In this document: positions 14,211 through 28,700 of the stretch, piece by piece
How the letters are laid out: every line of letters starts with the position of its first letter
How positions within the stretch are numbered: position 1 is the stretch's first letter
Assembly: GCF_009914755.1 (NCBI RefSeq)
Contig: NC_060947.1
From: the human T2T-CHM13v2.0 reference genome, Homo sapiens
Strand: one strand, 5' to 3'
DNA: 64,000 nucleotides
Translations under genes and position numbers: made by a program
Notes under the pieces: generated by a model
The model's database searches: none
Seen by the model: the letters and a program-made list of their open reading frames with translations, nothing else
Told to the model about the DNA's origin: nothing

Positions 14211-14553
14211 AGGCACGGTGACTCCTGTCTGTAATCTCAGCACTTTGGGAGGCTGACAGGAGCATCATTTAAGCCCACGAGTTTGAGACCAGCATGGGCA
14301 CCATAGTAAGATACAAAATAAAAATAAAAATGAGCACCAGAGTGAGACACAAAAATAAAAATGAGCACCAGAGTGAGACACAAAAATAAAAATATTATCT
14401 AGGGGTGGTGGCACATGCCTGTGGTCCCAGCTACTCAGAAGGCTGAGGTGGGAGGACCCCTTGATCCCAGGAGGTTAAGGCTGCAGTGAACTGTAATTGT
14501 GCCACTGCCCTCCAGCCTGGGCAACAGAGTAAGACCCCATCTCAAAAAAAAAA
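14211..14553 (+). mobile_element. AluJ with a 31-bp tandem duplication in the central linker
   Basis: Alu left and right arms with an A tail. Duplicated unit at 14320-14350 and 14351-14381. Confidence 0.88.
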
Positions 14554-14613
14554 TATCATGAAGGAAATTTTCAAAAAAATCTGGTAATCAAAAGAAAAAT
14601 GAGGACATGGTTT

Positions 14614-15051
14614 TGTAGTGGATATTATGATATGCTAATCAGATACTCTTCTTAAAAATTGAGACCCTCATTGCCCAAACATCAAGGATTTCTGCCTTCT
14701 GAATACAGTGTAATCCCTAGTAATTGCTTTGAACCAAGGGAACTGTCACTCACAAGGTTACATTTCTTTCCATGGCTGGCACACCTCCAATTACTGGCCA
14801 ATGATAGGGTAAAAAACTTGGCCACCTTGCCTCATTTTAGAACATCTCTGAAGTGCCACCCCAACTCCAGCCCCCACACCCGAAATTATCTGAAGACTTT
14901 TAAGTACTTTATGTTCAAACTCCCCCTATGAGTAATCCTGCTTCTTTCATACTCACAGTTGTTCTTGCCCATGGCATTTCCCTTTCCTCAAGTCATACTG
15001 AACATAAGTCTCTACTCAGAGTCTTTTTCCTAGTGAAACTGATCTAAGACA
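14614..15051 (+). mobile_element. LTR16C-like ERVL solo LTR
   Basis: TGTAGTGG...CTAAGACA termini. Internal ccttgcctcattttagaacatctctgaagtgccacccc resembles the LTR16C consensus (from memory). Confidence 0.7.
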
Positions 15052-16638
15052 ATTTGTAACAAAGAAAACAGGTAAGAACAATTAACAGAGACAGACAGAA
15101 ATAATAGGACCTAATGTCAATGTCATTAGCTTGAATGTTATTAAGAGGCATAGACAGTTGTTTTAATAAGAGTAAATCACCTGGGAAATCTGTGTTGAAT
15201 GAAGCAGAAGAGGGAAATCGATATTCACTAACTTTAAACATCATAGCTACAAGATAAAAAAAATTTAAGCTATCACAGGTTTTTCTAGATGTCACTAAAG
15301 ACTATTTCAGACTGAGCCTTTTGTTCTTATTTGCTTATATAATAGTGCATCCTTTATACTTGGAACACATTTAGAAAATCATATATTATATATCTGGATA
15401 GATATACACAACAGTGCGTATTTCCCAAGTACACTACATTAGAACAACTTGGGTATCAGGGAATGTATATCAGATTCACTGATCCTCACAAGAAAGAAGA
15501 AATAACAGAAAGTTCATCCTCACAAAATTTCCCTCCCAGAAATTATTCTCTACATCCTTCATCCATGTTAGGTTTGAAACTGGACAGACTTTCTAGCCAT
15601 TTAAAAATTACACATGATACTGTTTCTTCATCTTTTTCTCACTCTTTTTTTCTTATCTATATTGTATCTCTTTCCTGAAAATGAGCTACAAATAAAGAGT
15701 ACCCTAAAAATCCCCCAGCTTTGTGGAGGAAATGGCAGATGTAACTTGAAGCTTCAATTTTCTAGTTGTATACATGTAATTCTAATATATTTAATTATTA
15801 CATCTAAAATTTAGAAGGAAAAGTAATTAGCTTTACTGAGTCTCTGATAAATGTATAACTCTGTCAGGCACTTTAAAAAATAGTATTTGCCAAATTCAGT
15901 GAATTGTGTTTACCACCCAAGACATCTGCCATATCCAAGTAACACTTGCATTATGTACATAATGATTTTATCTAAATTGACTTTTTAAAATTAAATAAAT
16001 GTACAACGGACATCAGTGGATAAAAATTATATATGTGTATATATAGTCTAAATTATATATTTGTATATATAATCATATATATATATATAGTAGATAGGAC
16101 AATGGCCTCTGAAAAAAGAGTAGCACTCAAAGTTTGAAAGTAGTGACTAGCAACTTCAGGGATGGCAAGATATCTGGGTATTGACATGCTGATCCACAAA
16201 TTTAGGAGCCAAGATCAATAGTCAGCAAGAAAAGGGTACAAACATGGGTGCCTACATGAACCTGTGATATACTACAAATTATACAGCAAAAGGAAATTCC
16301 AGATTAAGAGGAAAAATATTGCCGGAGGGTAGATGCATAAATTGATAGAAGGGAAGAGATTGGGCATCTGCAACTGACACAGTCTTATAAGAGTATTACA
16401 GAGAGAGGTTTTACTTATTATACAATAAGGTTACATGTAAAGAAAAAGTAGGGGCTATGTGAAATGGGAGGACATTAGGAAGGTATGTATGGGTTGAAGT
16501 TGAGAGATAAAGAGTGAGTAACAGTACAGGTCTATGGACTAAGATAAACACAACCTTAGGGAAGATTTTGGCTGAGGGAGAAATTTAGTTCGGAGAAGAA
16601 TATGTAGAATTAATTATTGAATGATTAAAGAAAAGGTT

Positions 16639-18225
16639 AACACTGCCTTAGCTATGTCCCAGAGTTTCTGGTATGTTGTATCTTTCTTCTCATTAGTTTC
16701 AAAGAATTTTTGATTTTTGCCTTAATTTTGTTGTTTACCCAAAAGTCATTCAGAAGCAGGTTGTTTACTTTTCATGTAATTATATGGCTTTGAGCAATTT
16801 ACTTAGTATTGATTTCTATTTTTATTTTGCTGTGATCTGGGAGTAAGGTTGGTATGATTTTGGTTGTTTTGAATTCGCTGAAGATTGTTTTATATCTGAC
16901 TGGGTGGTTGATTTTTTAGATTATATGAAATGGGCAGATGAGAAGAATACATTTTCTGTTGTTTTTGGGTGGAGTGTTCTGTAAATGTCTATTCAGTCTA
17001 TTTGGTCAAGTGTCAAGTTCAGTTTCTGAATATATTTGTTAGTTTTCTTCCTTGATTATCTCCCTAATACTGCCAGTGGGGTGTTGAAGTCTCCTACCAT
17101 TATTGTGTGGTTATCCAAGTCTCTTTGTAGGTCTCCAAGAACTTGCTTTATGAATATGGGTACTTCTGTATTAGGTGCATATATATTTCAGATAGTTAGG
17201 TCTTGTTGAATTGATCCATTTACCATTATGTAATAACCTTCTTTGTCCTTTTTGATTTTTATAGGTTTAAAGTCTGTTTTGTCTGAAACTAGAATAGCAA
17301 CCCCTGCTTTTTTCTGTTTTCTGTTTGATAGAATTTCTCCATCCCCATATTATGGGTGTCATTGCCTGTAAGATAAATCTCTTGAAGACAGCATACTGTT
17401 GGGTCTTGCTGCTTTATTAAACTTGCCACACTGTGTAATTTAATTGGGACGTTTAGCATGTTTACATTCTAAGTTAGTATTGATATATGTAAATTTGATC
17501 CTATCATCATGTTGTTAGCTGGTTATTAAGCAGATTGTTTATATGGTTGTTTAATAGTGTCACTGGTCTATGTACTTAAGGGTGTTTTTGTAGTGGCTGG
17601 TAATAGCTTTTCCTGTCCATGTTTAGCACTCCCTTCAGGACCACCTGTAAGGCAAGTCTGGTGGCAATAAAACCCTTTAACATTTGCTTTTCTGAATAAG
17701 ATCTTATTTCTCCTTCACTTATGAAGATTAGTTTGGCTGGATATGGAATTCTTAGCTGGGAAGTCTTTTCTTTAAAGATCCTGAATATAGGCCCCCAATC
17801 TCTTCTGCCCTCTAAGGTTTCTGCTGAAGGGTCCACTGTTAGGCTAAAGGGGTTCCCTTCGAAGGTGGCCCGCCCATTCTCTCTAGCTATCTTTAACATT
17901 TTTTTCTTTCATGTCAACCTTGGGAAATCTAATGACTATGTGTCTTGTGTAGTATTTCACGGGGGTTCTCTGCATTTCCTGAATTTGACTGTTGGCCTCT
18001 CTAGTGAATTTGGAGAAATTTTCCTAAATGATATCCTGAAATATGTTTTCTAAATTGCTGGGTTACTCCCAGTCTTTCTCAGAGATACCAATGAGATGTG
18101 GAGTTAGTCTCTATATAATCCCATATTTATCAGGAGTTTTGTTCCTTCTTCTTTATTGTCTTTTATTTTTGCCTGAGTTATTTTAGAGAGCTGGTCTTCA
18201 AGCTCTGAGGTCCCTTTTCAGCTTC
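16639..18225 (-). mobile_element. Old L1 (L1PA15/16- or L1PB-like) fragment spanning ORF1 C-terminus and ORF2 EN domain
   Basis: ORF1-like peptide 17576..17899 (RDWGPIF...YPAKL). Degenerate EN-domain sequence. Confidence 0.85.
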
Positions 18226-18235
18226 ATCAGATCAG

Positions 18236-18580
18236 AGCCCTATTTCATGTCATATGCAAAAAAAAAAACAAATCAAAATGGATTGTAGACTAAATCTAAG
18301 ACCTCAAACTATGATATTACTAAAATAAAGCATTGGGGAAACTCTCCAAAACTTTGGACAGGTAAAATATTTCTTGAGAAATACCCCAGGAGCATGGGCC
18401 ATCACAGCAAAAATGAACAAATGAAATAATGTCAATTTAAAAAAACTACAACAAAACAAAAATAATATTTAACAAAGTGGAGAGACAACCCACAGCATGG
18501 GAGAAAATATTTGCAAACTACCCATCTGACAAGGGATTAATAACCACAATAATAGGAAGCTCGTATAGGAAAAAGATTAT
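18236..18580 (+). mobile_element. L1MA-type ORF2 3' fragment
   Basis: aaatcaaaatggatt...gggagaaaatatttgcaaactacccatctgacaagggattaataacc. Confidence 0.75.
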
Positions 18581-18778
18581 GGCCATGTGTGGTGGCTCAC
18601 ACCTGTAATCCCAGCACTTTGGGAGGCCGAGGCGGGTGGATCACCTGCAGTCAGGAGTTCGAGACCAGCCTGTCCAACATGGTGAAACCCCATCTCTACT
18701 AAAAATACAAAAATTAGCTGGGCATCGTGAAGGGCACCTTTAATCCCAGCTACTTGGGAGGCTGAGGCTGGAGAATTG
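18581..18778 (+). mobile_element. AluS, 3'-truncated, no tail
   Basis: GGCC start, left arm and linker. Right arm stops at ggagaattg. Confidence 0.9.
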
Positions 18779-21700
18779 GAAAATGTGGGTGAGAGTGATT
18801 TTTCCCCTCACCCCTCTGACAATCTGCTGATTGCCAAACTGTTGAGACACGCTTTTGCTCTTGTGACCCAAGGCAATGCTATCAGTGACAATTTGGGTAC
18901 TTCCTGGGGACAGAGAAATAGGTGGCCAGCTTCTGAAGGCATGCCCACCTCAAAGCCAATCTCAGATGGTGGGCACCATATGGGTTGTACACTCATGATG
19001 GACCTCTGTCCTGCTCAAGGATTCTCTGCCCTTGAGTCACTGCCACACCATATCCCCCCAAACATACCTTATAGCTTACTCCAACTGTGGAAACAGAAGG
19101 GATCAGGAGGTCCCCAGAAAGCTGTGGGACCTCTGAAGACCTAACTCCTGTTATGGTTCACCTGTAAGGAGGAGTGAGCTCATCTCACCAAGGCCCTCTT
19201 GGGAAAAGGAAATGCAGGTACAGTGCCAATCACTGAAGAGGGCAACACTGACACCCAGGAACAGATGTGGAGAGAGTCACCTCCCTCTCCCACTCCCCAT
19301 ACACTGTGTGTTTTTTGCACCTTTTGCAGCAGCTCCATCCACACTGTAAGTAAGCCTGCTCCACTGAGGCTTACACAAAGGGCGGGATCCAACTGTCCCT
19401 CCCTAAACAGAGGAATAGCATCCTGGCAACAGGGGACAAACAAGTCACAAAATTTGCTGCCCTCAACTGGGAAAATGGCTCTGTCCTTGGTGCGTTTTTG
19501 TGGTAATCCCTATGTCATATCCACAACCCAAAGATGCACTGTGGCTGGAAACCACAGGATGAAATCTTTCTGAAGTAAAGGCCATGAGCCCTGCAACAGG
19601 GGCATGATAGGGGAGCGAGTCACTTTCTTGCTGCCTCAGGATGAGGAACTGGTGTAGACTCCTGCTCTTTACCCTGAGACCTCAGCACACTCCAACACAA
19701 TCTCTTCCCATCACTCTACATCAGGGCAGGTGCTTTCACTGGACATCAGCCTGAGGGTGAGCCAAACCTTACTTTTAATTGCCGTCTGCTGGACTACAGC
19801 CTGAATACAACACCAAATAAAAAACCTACTACAAAAAGGGCTTAGTGCTAGTTCACAAGCTTCCTGAGACCTCTACACCTTCGGCCCCTCAGGAGAAAGT
19901 GTATGGGCTTGTACATCTGATACATTGCCACAACAGGCAGCATCTGCGAAAGCTACTTCATAGAAGCTACCTACAACCAAGGAACACATACAGAGCCTTG
20001 GCTCCCTGAAATCACCCAGAAATGTAGCCCAACAATTGTATGCAACAAACATCACAGTCGTACCTTCAAGGAAAAAAAAAAATTAAAAATTTCATCCAAA
20101 AAATAGCAAATTCAAAAAGAAGAAGCAATATCTCCTTCAGATGAAAAGGAATCAGTGCAAAAAAGTTAAAGTTTCTATCAGTTTAAAATAACTTGTTATA
20201 AATATAGAATTTATTTTGTAAGTCTTTTGGTAAGCGCAAAAAAGCTATCATAAATACACTAAAAATAAAACTAAATGATTTGAAATATGCTACCAGAGAA
20301 AATCACTAAAACACAAAAGAAAACAGGAAAAAAAGAGAGTGACAAACAACTATAAAACAAGTTACAAAATGGCAACAGTAAGGCTTTATTTATCAATAAT
20401 AACATTGAATGTAAATGTGCCAAATTCTTCAATTAAAATATATTTAAAGGCTGAATGGAATAAAAAAACAAGACCCAACTATGTGTTGCCTATAAGAAAC
20501 TCACGTCTCATATAAAGACAAATATGAACTGAAAGCGAAGGTATGAAAAAAGTTGTTCCGTGCAAATGGAAATGATAAAAGAGCAGGAGCAGCTATACTC
20601 ATATCAAATAAAATGGATTGGAAGTCAAATCTGCAAAAAGAGACAAAGGAAGTGATTATATAATGATAAAAGAGTCAATGCAGCAAAAGGACATATCAAT
20701 AGCAAATATATGCACCAAACACCTGAGTACCGAAATATATAAAGCGAGTATTAACAGATCATAAAGGAGAAACAGACTGCAATACAATTATAATAAGGAA
20801 CTTCAACACCCCGCTTTCAGCAAAGGACAAATCATCCTGGAAGAAAATCAACAAAAATCATTTGAATTAAGCTATACTCTAGACTAAATTGACTTACAAG
20901 ATATTTATAGACAATTTTATCTAACTGCTAGAAAATATGCATTCTTATCAGCACATGGAACATTATCAGGTATCTTTCCTGATAACAAGGTAATAAAACT
21001 AGAAATCTGTAACAAGAAACATTTTGGAAACTGTAAAAATATATGGAAACTAAACAACATGCTGATGAACAACAAATGGGTAAATGAAATTATGAAATTC
21101 ATTGAAAATTTTCTTAAAACAAATGAAAATGAAAACACAGCATACCAGAACCTATGGGATACATTAATAGCAGTGCTAAGAACGAAGTTTATGGCAATCA
21201 AATAGAAATTCTTCAAATAAAAATGCAAAAGTACATCTCAAGAACTACAAAGGCTAAAAGAACCCAAACTAGAAATTAATAGAAGGAAATAAATAATAAA
21301 GATCAGAGTTTAAATAAATAAAATTAAGATTTAAAAAATACAAAAGATCAAGACAATGAAAATATGTTTTTAGGAGTTAAACAAAATCAACCAATGTTTA
21401 CTAGACTAAGAAAAAAAAAAAGCTGAGTGCAGTGGCTCATGCCTGTAATCCCAAAAGTTTGGGTGGCCAAGGTAGGAAAATTGCTTGAGCCCTGGGTTTT
21501 GTGACCAGCCTGGGCAACACGGTGAGGTCCCATCTCTACAAAAAATTTACAAAAATTAGTCTGGCATGGTGACACACACCTGTGGTTCTGGCAAATCAGG
21601 AGGCTGAGGCAGGAGGATCACCCAAGCCCAGAAGGTCAAGGCTGCAGTGAGCTATGTTTGTGCTACTGCACTCCAGCCTGGGCAGCAGAACAAGACCCTG

Positions 21701-23850
21701 TATCAAAACAAAAGAGAAAGAGAGAGGGCCAAATAAATAAAATCAGAGACAAGAAAATCTGCAACTGATACCACAGAAATACAAATGGTGATTTGAGGGT
21801 TATAAACAACTACACATCAACAAATTGGAAAGCCTAGAAGACACAGTTAAATTTCTAGATACAAGCAACCTACCACAATCGAATCATGAAGAAATAGAAA
21901 ACATGAACACGCCAATAATTCGTAACAAGATCAAAGGAGTAACAAAAAGTTGTCAAAGAAAAGCTCAGGACTTAATTATCTTATTGCTGAATTCTACCAA
22001 ATATTAAAAAAACTAACACAAATTATAATCAACCTGTTTCAAAAATTAAAGATGAGGGAATACTTGTAATCACATTACATGGATCAGCAATACCCTGATA
22101 TCAAAACTAGACAAATATACTACAAATAAAGAAAACAAAAGCCCAATATCGCTGATGAAAAATAGACGCAAGTCTTCAACAAAATACTAGACAACTGAAT
22201 TCAACAACTCATTTATAAGATCACTCACCATGTTTGAGTAGAATTTATTCCATGGATGTAGAAATGGTTCAACACATGCAAATCTACAAACATGATAGAT
22301 TACATCAACAGAATCAAGAAGAAAGACTATATAATTATTTCAACAGATGCTTGAAAAGCATTCAGTAAAATTAAACTCCCCCATGATAAAAACTTAAAAA
22401 TTGGGTTTAGAAGAAACAAAATGATAAATGTCATTTATGACAAATTTACAGCTGAAATTAAACTGAATGGTGAAAAACTGAAATACTTTCAACTAAGATC
22501 TGCAATAAGACAAAGATAGCTACTTTACTACTTTTATTCAACATAGTACTAGGAGTCCTAACCAGAGCAATTAGGCAAAGGATAGTAATAAATGGCCTCT
22601 AAATAGGAAAAAAAATGTCAAATTATCCTTGCTTGTTGACAACATAATTTTATATAGAGAGAAATCTAGATTTCACCACAAAAATCTCAGAACTGTAAAA
22701 TGAATTCCGGTAAGTTGTAGAATATGAAATCCATGGCATTTCTATATGTTAACAGCATTAAATCCAAAAAAATTTGATAAATCAGTCCACTTTCAGATAG
22801 GCACACACACACACAAATAAAATATCTAGGAATAAATTTAACAAATGAAGTGAAAGATCTCTGCAAAGAAAACTATAAAACACTAATACCAGAAATTAAA
22901 AAGGACATACAAAAAACTGAAAGGTTTTTCCATGATTATGGATTGGAAAAATTAATTTTGTCAAAATGACTATACTACCCCAAAGCAATCTACAGATTTA
23001 ATGTAATACTTATCAAAATACCAATGACATTCTACATAATAAAAAGAAAATCCTAATATGCGTGTGAAACTATGAAAGACCATGAATATCCAAGCAACTC
23101 TAAGACCCCACCAAAACGTTAGTGGCATTATACTATCCGATTTAATATTATTCTACAAAGCTATAGTAACCAAAACTAGACAAAGCATTGTGTTGGCATA
23201 AAAAATAGACACATAGACTAATGAAACAGAATAAAGAACTCAGAAATAAATCCACACTCAGCCAACTCATTTTTGACAAAGTTGCCAGGAACACACATTG
23301 GGAAAAAGACAATCTTTTAAATAAATGGTGCTGGAAGGCCTGGATATTCATATGTAGAAGAATAAAACTAGTTATCCATATTGTACCTATGCAAAAAATC
23401 AATTAAAATGGATTAAAGCTGTAAATGTTAGACTTCAAGTTATGAAACTACTAGAAGATAACATTCAGGAAAAACTACAGGACAATGATCTGAATAACTA
23501 TGATTTGAATAAGATCTCAAAAGCACAGGAAACTAAAGCAAAATATAGACAAATGGGATTACATTATGCTAAAGAGCTTCTGTTTAGGACTGGAAACAAT
23601 TAACAAAGTGAAAAGATAACCAATAGAATGGTAGAAAATATTTACAAACTATCCATCCAACAAGGGAGTAATAACCAGAATATATAAGTAACTCAAACAG
23701 GTCAATAGCAATAATAATTAAATAATAATAATAATCTCATTTAAAAAATGGATAGAATACCTGAATAGACATTTCTCAAAACAAGACTTATAAATAGCCA
23801 CAAGGTATAAAAAAATGCTCAACATGACTATTAATAAGGAAAATGCAGCA
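18779..23850 (+). mobile_element. Old L1M/L1MA: GC-richer 5' UTR-like region, mostly deleted ORF1, degenerate ORF2
   Basis: ORF2-like peptides 21825..22007 and 23221..23406. A-rich L1 coding composition over 20350-23850. The 5' UTR assignment of 18779-20100 is inferred. Confidence 0.75.
21421..21713 (+). mobile_element. AluJ inserted in L1M
   Basis: Dimeric Alu with J-type ggaggatcacccaagcccagaaggtcaaggctgcagtgagc. Confidence 0.9.
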
Positions 23851-25630
23851 AGCTATACCCCTATGATCAAAATTTGAAGCATTTTTGTTTCTCTCTGCCT
23901 GGTTCCTCTAGAATTTGGAAACTATATGTGAGTATTCCTATGGCAATATAGCTGTTTGCATCAGTGCAATAAGAATTCAGTTTTTTTTTGCAACAGAACA
24001 CAATTGGAAAAACTGTTAATTTTACCAAGGCTTTAACTGGAGGGGTATGCTTCCCTTTAAGGAGTCAACAGAGCCAATAAAAGTCCGGTGGGGAAACTGG
24101 ACTCATAACCTTGTCTATGCAGTCCCTGTACAGGGTTTCTGACCTGTGGTTAGTAAAGAATGTCACTTTCTAACAGCTCTAGGAGCTCCAAGTTTATCTT
24201 GGGATCATAAGAGGAGAGGATCACCTAACTCATAGGTATTTGAGGATGTAACCCATGGCTGGGCTTGGTTTTAAAAGGTCTTATCTATAATTCTTTGTGG
24301 AGCACACTTCCATCAAAGCCAGTCCGAAAGGCCTATATACAAATAGTTATTCTTGCTGCACTTTATGCAAATAATCAGGCCAAGTATAAAACTAAAGTGT
24401 ATTTTGCAAACCACTCAGCCCTATCATAATTGGTTTATTTTTTAACAAACAGGACTGGAGAGAGAGAAATCATGTTTCAAAACATATTTTTGTGATTAAA
24501 TTCTAAACTCATTCATTGTTTTTATGTTTTCACCTACATTTTAAACTAACCCTGCTTGCTCCTGTAAACCAACCAGCAATCCCTGGCTGCAGCTCAGAAA
24601 GAACAAGAGGAATGGGTAATGTAGAAATCTGGATCAATATTCTACTTCTGAGAATTTATCCTGCAAATCCTGCCAGGTGATGGAATAAATAGGGTACCCA
24701 TGATCCAGAGGTTTCCTTTTTGGGTAAGTAAGACCAAGGGAACTAACCAAAGCCAAGCACCATGCACCCAGATCCTAGCAAGCATAACTATAGCTACAAG
24801 TTATCTGGGTGTGTCACATGACATCCTTTCCTCTCTCTCATTGGAAGAGAACTCAGTTGCACAGTTTCACCTTAACATTCGGCTTATGATAAGGAATCCA
24901 TGCAACCCCCTCCCCCGAGATACATTTTTGTCCCAGACTCAATTCCAAGCTTCGGGTCAAAGTCCTAGGAAATAAAATTGGATGTAAGGAATCCAGAGGC
25001 AAATGACAACAGAGGTTAAAAGGCACAGCGCAGGTGAGTGTGGCTAATTCCCTCCAATTAAGCCAAGCCCGAGCTTCCTGTTTCTTGGATACAGGCCACG
25101 TTAGTATCCATGGCATAAATAAGGTCTAAGGAACTCTAAGGTTACTGACAGTAGGTGGGAAAGAGACATAGGCGAGAGTGGATAATTCCTCTTTTCTAGC
25201 CCCTCCCTGCTTCATGGGTACAAGCTGCTTTGGCACTCATGGTGGTGCCTGCCAGGGTCACCAGGACTCAGGGTTGCAAGAATGGAAGGGGGAAAGAGAA
25301 TGCTCTTCTCTCTCTACCTCACTTACCCCGGGTATCTGAGAATGGAACCAGTGATGCCTGCTGTCCTCTTTCTAGCTGGGTAGCCATTCATCTTCAGTCT
25401 GTACCCCTTTAGAATGCATCCTAAACCCCTGGGAATCCTTTAAAAGGCACTTTTTCTTCTCTTCTTTTCCGTCCTCTCTTCACTAATAGGTAATTGTGTC
25501 TCCGTAGTACGGGACACTCACCTGAAATGCATCCTCCAAACTAGAAAGTTAATTTCCCAAACCTGAAACTTGTTGGCTAGGTTTGGGCTCAGGGAGAGGG
25601 AACCCAGAAGGCCAACATGCGGGCAAAGCA
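23851..25630 (+). mobile_element. ERV1 MER4-group internal fragment without LTRs
   Basis: Characteristic ttcttgctgcactttatgcaaataatcaggccaagtataa. Degenerate gag-start motifs at 25376 and 25486. Confidence 0.65.
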
Positions 25631-25639
25631 TAAAAGGTC

Positions 25640-25767
25640 CCATGCTTATTACTACATTTAACATGAATTACCTCCTTTTTAAAGATTTGATTTCCAAATA
25701 TAGTCACATTAAGACTTTGTGCTTCAACATATTAATTTTTGGAATGGACACAATTCACTTCATAACA
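25640..25767 (-). mobile_element. MLT1 (MaLR) LTR fragment
   Basis: ccaaatatagtcacatt...cttcaacatat...cacaattcacttcataaca. Confidence 0.7.
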
Positions 25768-25769
25768 GC

Positions 25770-28700
25770 CTAAAAGACTTATGGGATACTGTCAAGAAGA
25801 GCAATATTATAAAAGTTTTATGAATGAGGAAAATGAGAAAGGAACAGAAAGATTACTTGAAAAAACAATGGCCAAAAACTTGACTAATTTAAGAAACAAC
25901 ATAAATCTACAAATTTGAAAAGCTCAACACAAGTAGGATAAACTCAAAGAGACCCACACTGAAACGCATTATAATTAAATTGCTGAAAGCCAAACATAAA
26001 AACAGAATATTGAAAACATCAAGAGTAAAGTGACTGATAACTTAAAAGGAATTAACAATAAAAATTCCATCTGATTTTCCAGCAGAAAGCTTGGAAGCCC
26101 GAGAGCAGTGAGATATATTTAAATGTTGAAAAAAATGTCAACCAATAATTCTACATTTAGTAAAACTTTTCTTCATAAATAATGGAGAAATAAAGAAATT
26201 CCCCAGTAAATAAAATCTGAGCAAGCATTACCAGTAGTCATGCCCTACAGTAAAGAATAAAGTACTTTGAGTTGATATAAAAGGACACTATACAGTAACA
26301 AGAATTCATGCAACAGTATGAAGACTTCCAGTAAAGGTAAACTATTGGAAAATAGAAAAAACAGCCTTCTTGTAATTTGATTTGTGATTTTTTATTTTTG
26401 CTATTTCTGTTCAACATAGAAGTGGAAGTCCTAGCCAGAGCAATTCGGGGAAAAAGAAATAAAATGTATCCATATTGGAAAGAAAAAAGTGACATTATCT
26501 CTGTTCATATATGGCAGGATTTTATATTTATAAAACCCTAAAGGTTACATAATAGCAAAAATAACAAAAACTGTTTGAACTAATATAAAAATTCAGTTAA
26601 GTTGTAGGAAACAAAATCAAGACACAGAACTTACTTAGTTCTATATACTAACAATAAATAGTTAAAATAATTTTAAAATTCTATAACATCAAAAATAAAA
26701 CATTTAGAAATAAACCTAACAAAAGAGGCAAATGACTTATACACTTAAAGCCAGACACAAAAAGCCATGTATTATATGATCTCATTTTTATGGAATGCCC
26801 ATAACTGACAAATTTATTGAGACAAATTTGTATACATATGTGTATATATATATATATATACACACACACATACATATATATAGAGAGACATATATAGAGA
26901 GACAAATTTATATACATATGTGTATATATATATATATTATACATACATATGTATGAGACAGAATGCAGATAAATCATTGCTAGAGACTATGTATTACTTT
27001 GCTCATGCTTCTTTAACAAATCGCCACAGAATGAATGACTTAAAACATTTTCTTACACTGCCTACAGACTAGAAATCTAAGTCAAATTCTTGGCTGGTTT
27101 GGTTTCTTTTGAGGTTTCCTTGCTCAGCTTGCAGATGACCACCATCTTGCTGTGCATTCTCTCATGGTTATCAATGTCACACAAAATCTGTCATGTGGTC
27201 CATGTGAAGTTTTATGCGTGCATCTGTATTGTAATCTTCTGTTCTTAAAATGACACTAGTCATATTAGCTTATGGGTCACCCTAATCAATTCATTTAACA
27301 TTAATTACTTCTTCAAAGGCTCTATCACCAAATATAGTCACATTCTGAGTTACTGGGGATTAGGGCTTCAACATATAAATTTTGGGGGTGACACAACTCT
27401 GCCCATAAAAAGCTAGGATGGAGGTAGAATGGGAAGGAATTGCTAATGGATATAGTGCTTCTTTTTGCCATGATGAAAATGTTCTTGAATTAGATAGTGG
27501 TGACTGTACGGTAAAAATTAAATTAAAAATAATAAAAGACAAAATATTTGTGACATAGAGTTAGGCAAATAGTTTTTAGATATGATGTCAAATGCATAAT
27601 CCATAAATTCATAAATTAGAGTTTATAAAAATTCAAAAGTTGTGCTTTGCAAAACAAAACAAAAACTGTTGAGTGGAGAAAAACACAAGCCAGAAATTAG
27701 GGAGACTATTTCCAAATCACATGTTTGATGAAGTACTCATATCCAGGATATTCAATATAAATAACTCACTAAGGTAAAAATCAAAGCAATTAGAAAATTT
27801 TTAAAGTTTAATCACTTCACAGAATAAAAATATATATCACAATCATGTGGAACAATGTTCAGCATTATTAGTTATTAAACAAATGCAAATTAAAATTATG
27901 ATGAGATACCACTACATATTTTTAAAGTTTAAAAAAAAAACACTGACACTATCAAATGGAAGGAAGGATTCAGGATCTTTTATATATTGCTAGTGGGAAT
28001 GTAACATGGTACAACTACTGTGAATACATATTAAAAGTTATATATATATGGCTGTGATAGAGTGGGGAGAGGGAATTTATATACATATATGTATATATAT
28101 ATTATACATGCAACTACCATAAAAGTAATCCTACTGGCCTTGGAGTTTACCCCGGAAAAATGCAAACTTATTTTCACACCAAAAAACCTGTTAACTAAGA
28201 TTTATAAAAGTTTTATTTGTAATAGCCAGATACAGGCAACAACATATATGGCCTGTAATGAGCAAATAGATTAAAAAATTGGACATCAGTACAATGGAAT
28301 TCCATTCTGCAACATAAAAGGGCAGATTATTGGTACACAATGGATCTCAAGGACATTATGCTAAACGTATCAAAGGAAATCACAGATGATTGCATACTCT
28401 ATTATTCTATTTAAATAATATTGTTGAAGTGGCTACATTTTAGTGATGAACAACAGATCAGTAGCTTCCAGGGATTAAGGTTGTGGAAAGAGTGACTATT
28501 AAGGGTTACAACTGGGGTCTTTAATTGTGATGATGGAAGAGTTGTGAATAGTGGTGATAGTAAAGTAAGTCTACACACTTGAGACCTACACACACACACA
28601 CACACACACACACGATTGCATATAAACAATAGTAATACCTAAATAAGGTCTGTACCTGAGGTAATAGTATTTTGCCAAAGTCAGCGTCCTGGTTTTGACA

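Noticed and set aside
16639-18580. Opposite-strand L1 pieces as a possible twin-priming inversion
   Set aside because: Breakpoints map about 2 kb apart on ORF2, subfamilies look different, and there is no enclosing TSD
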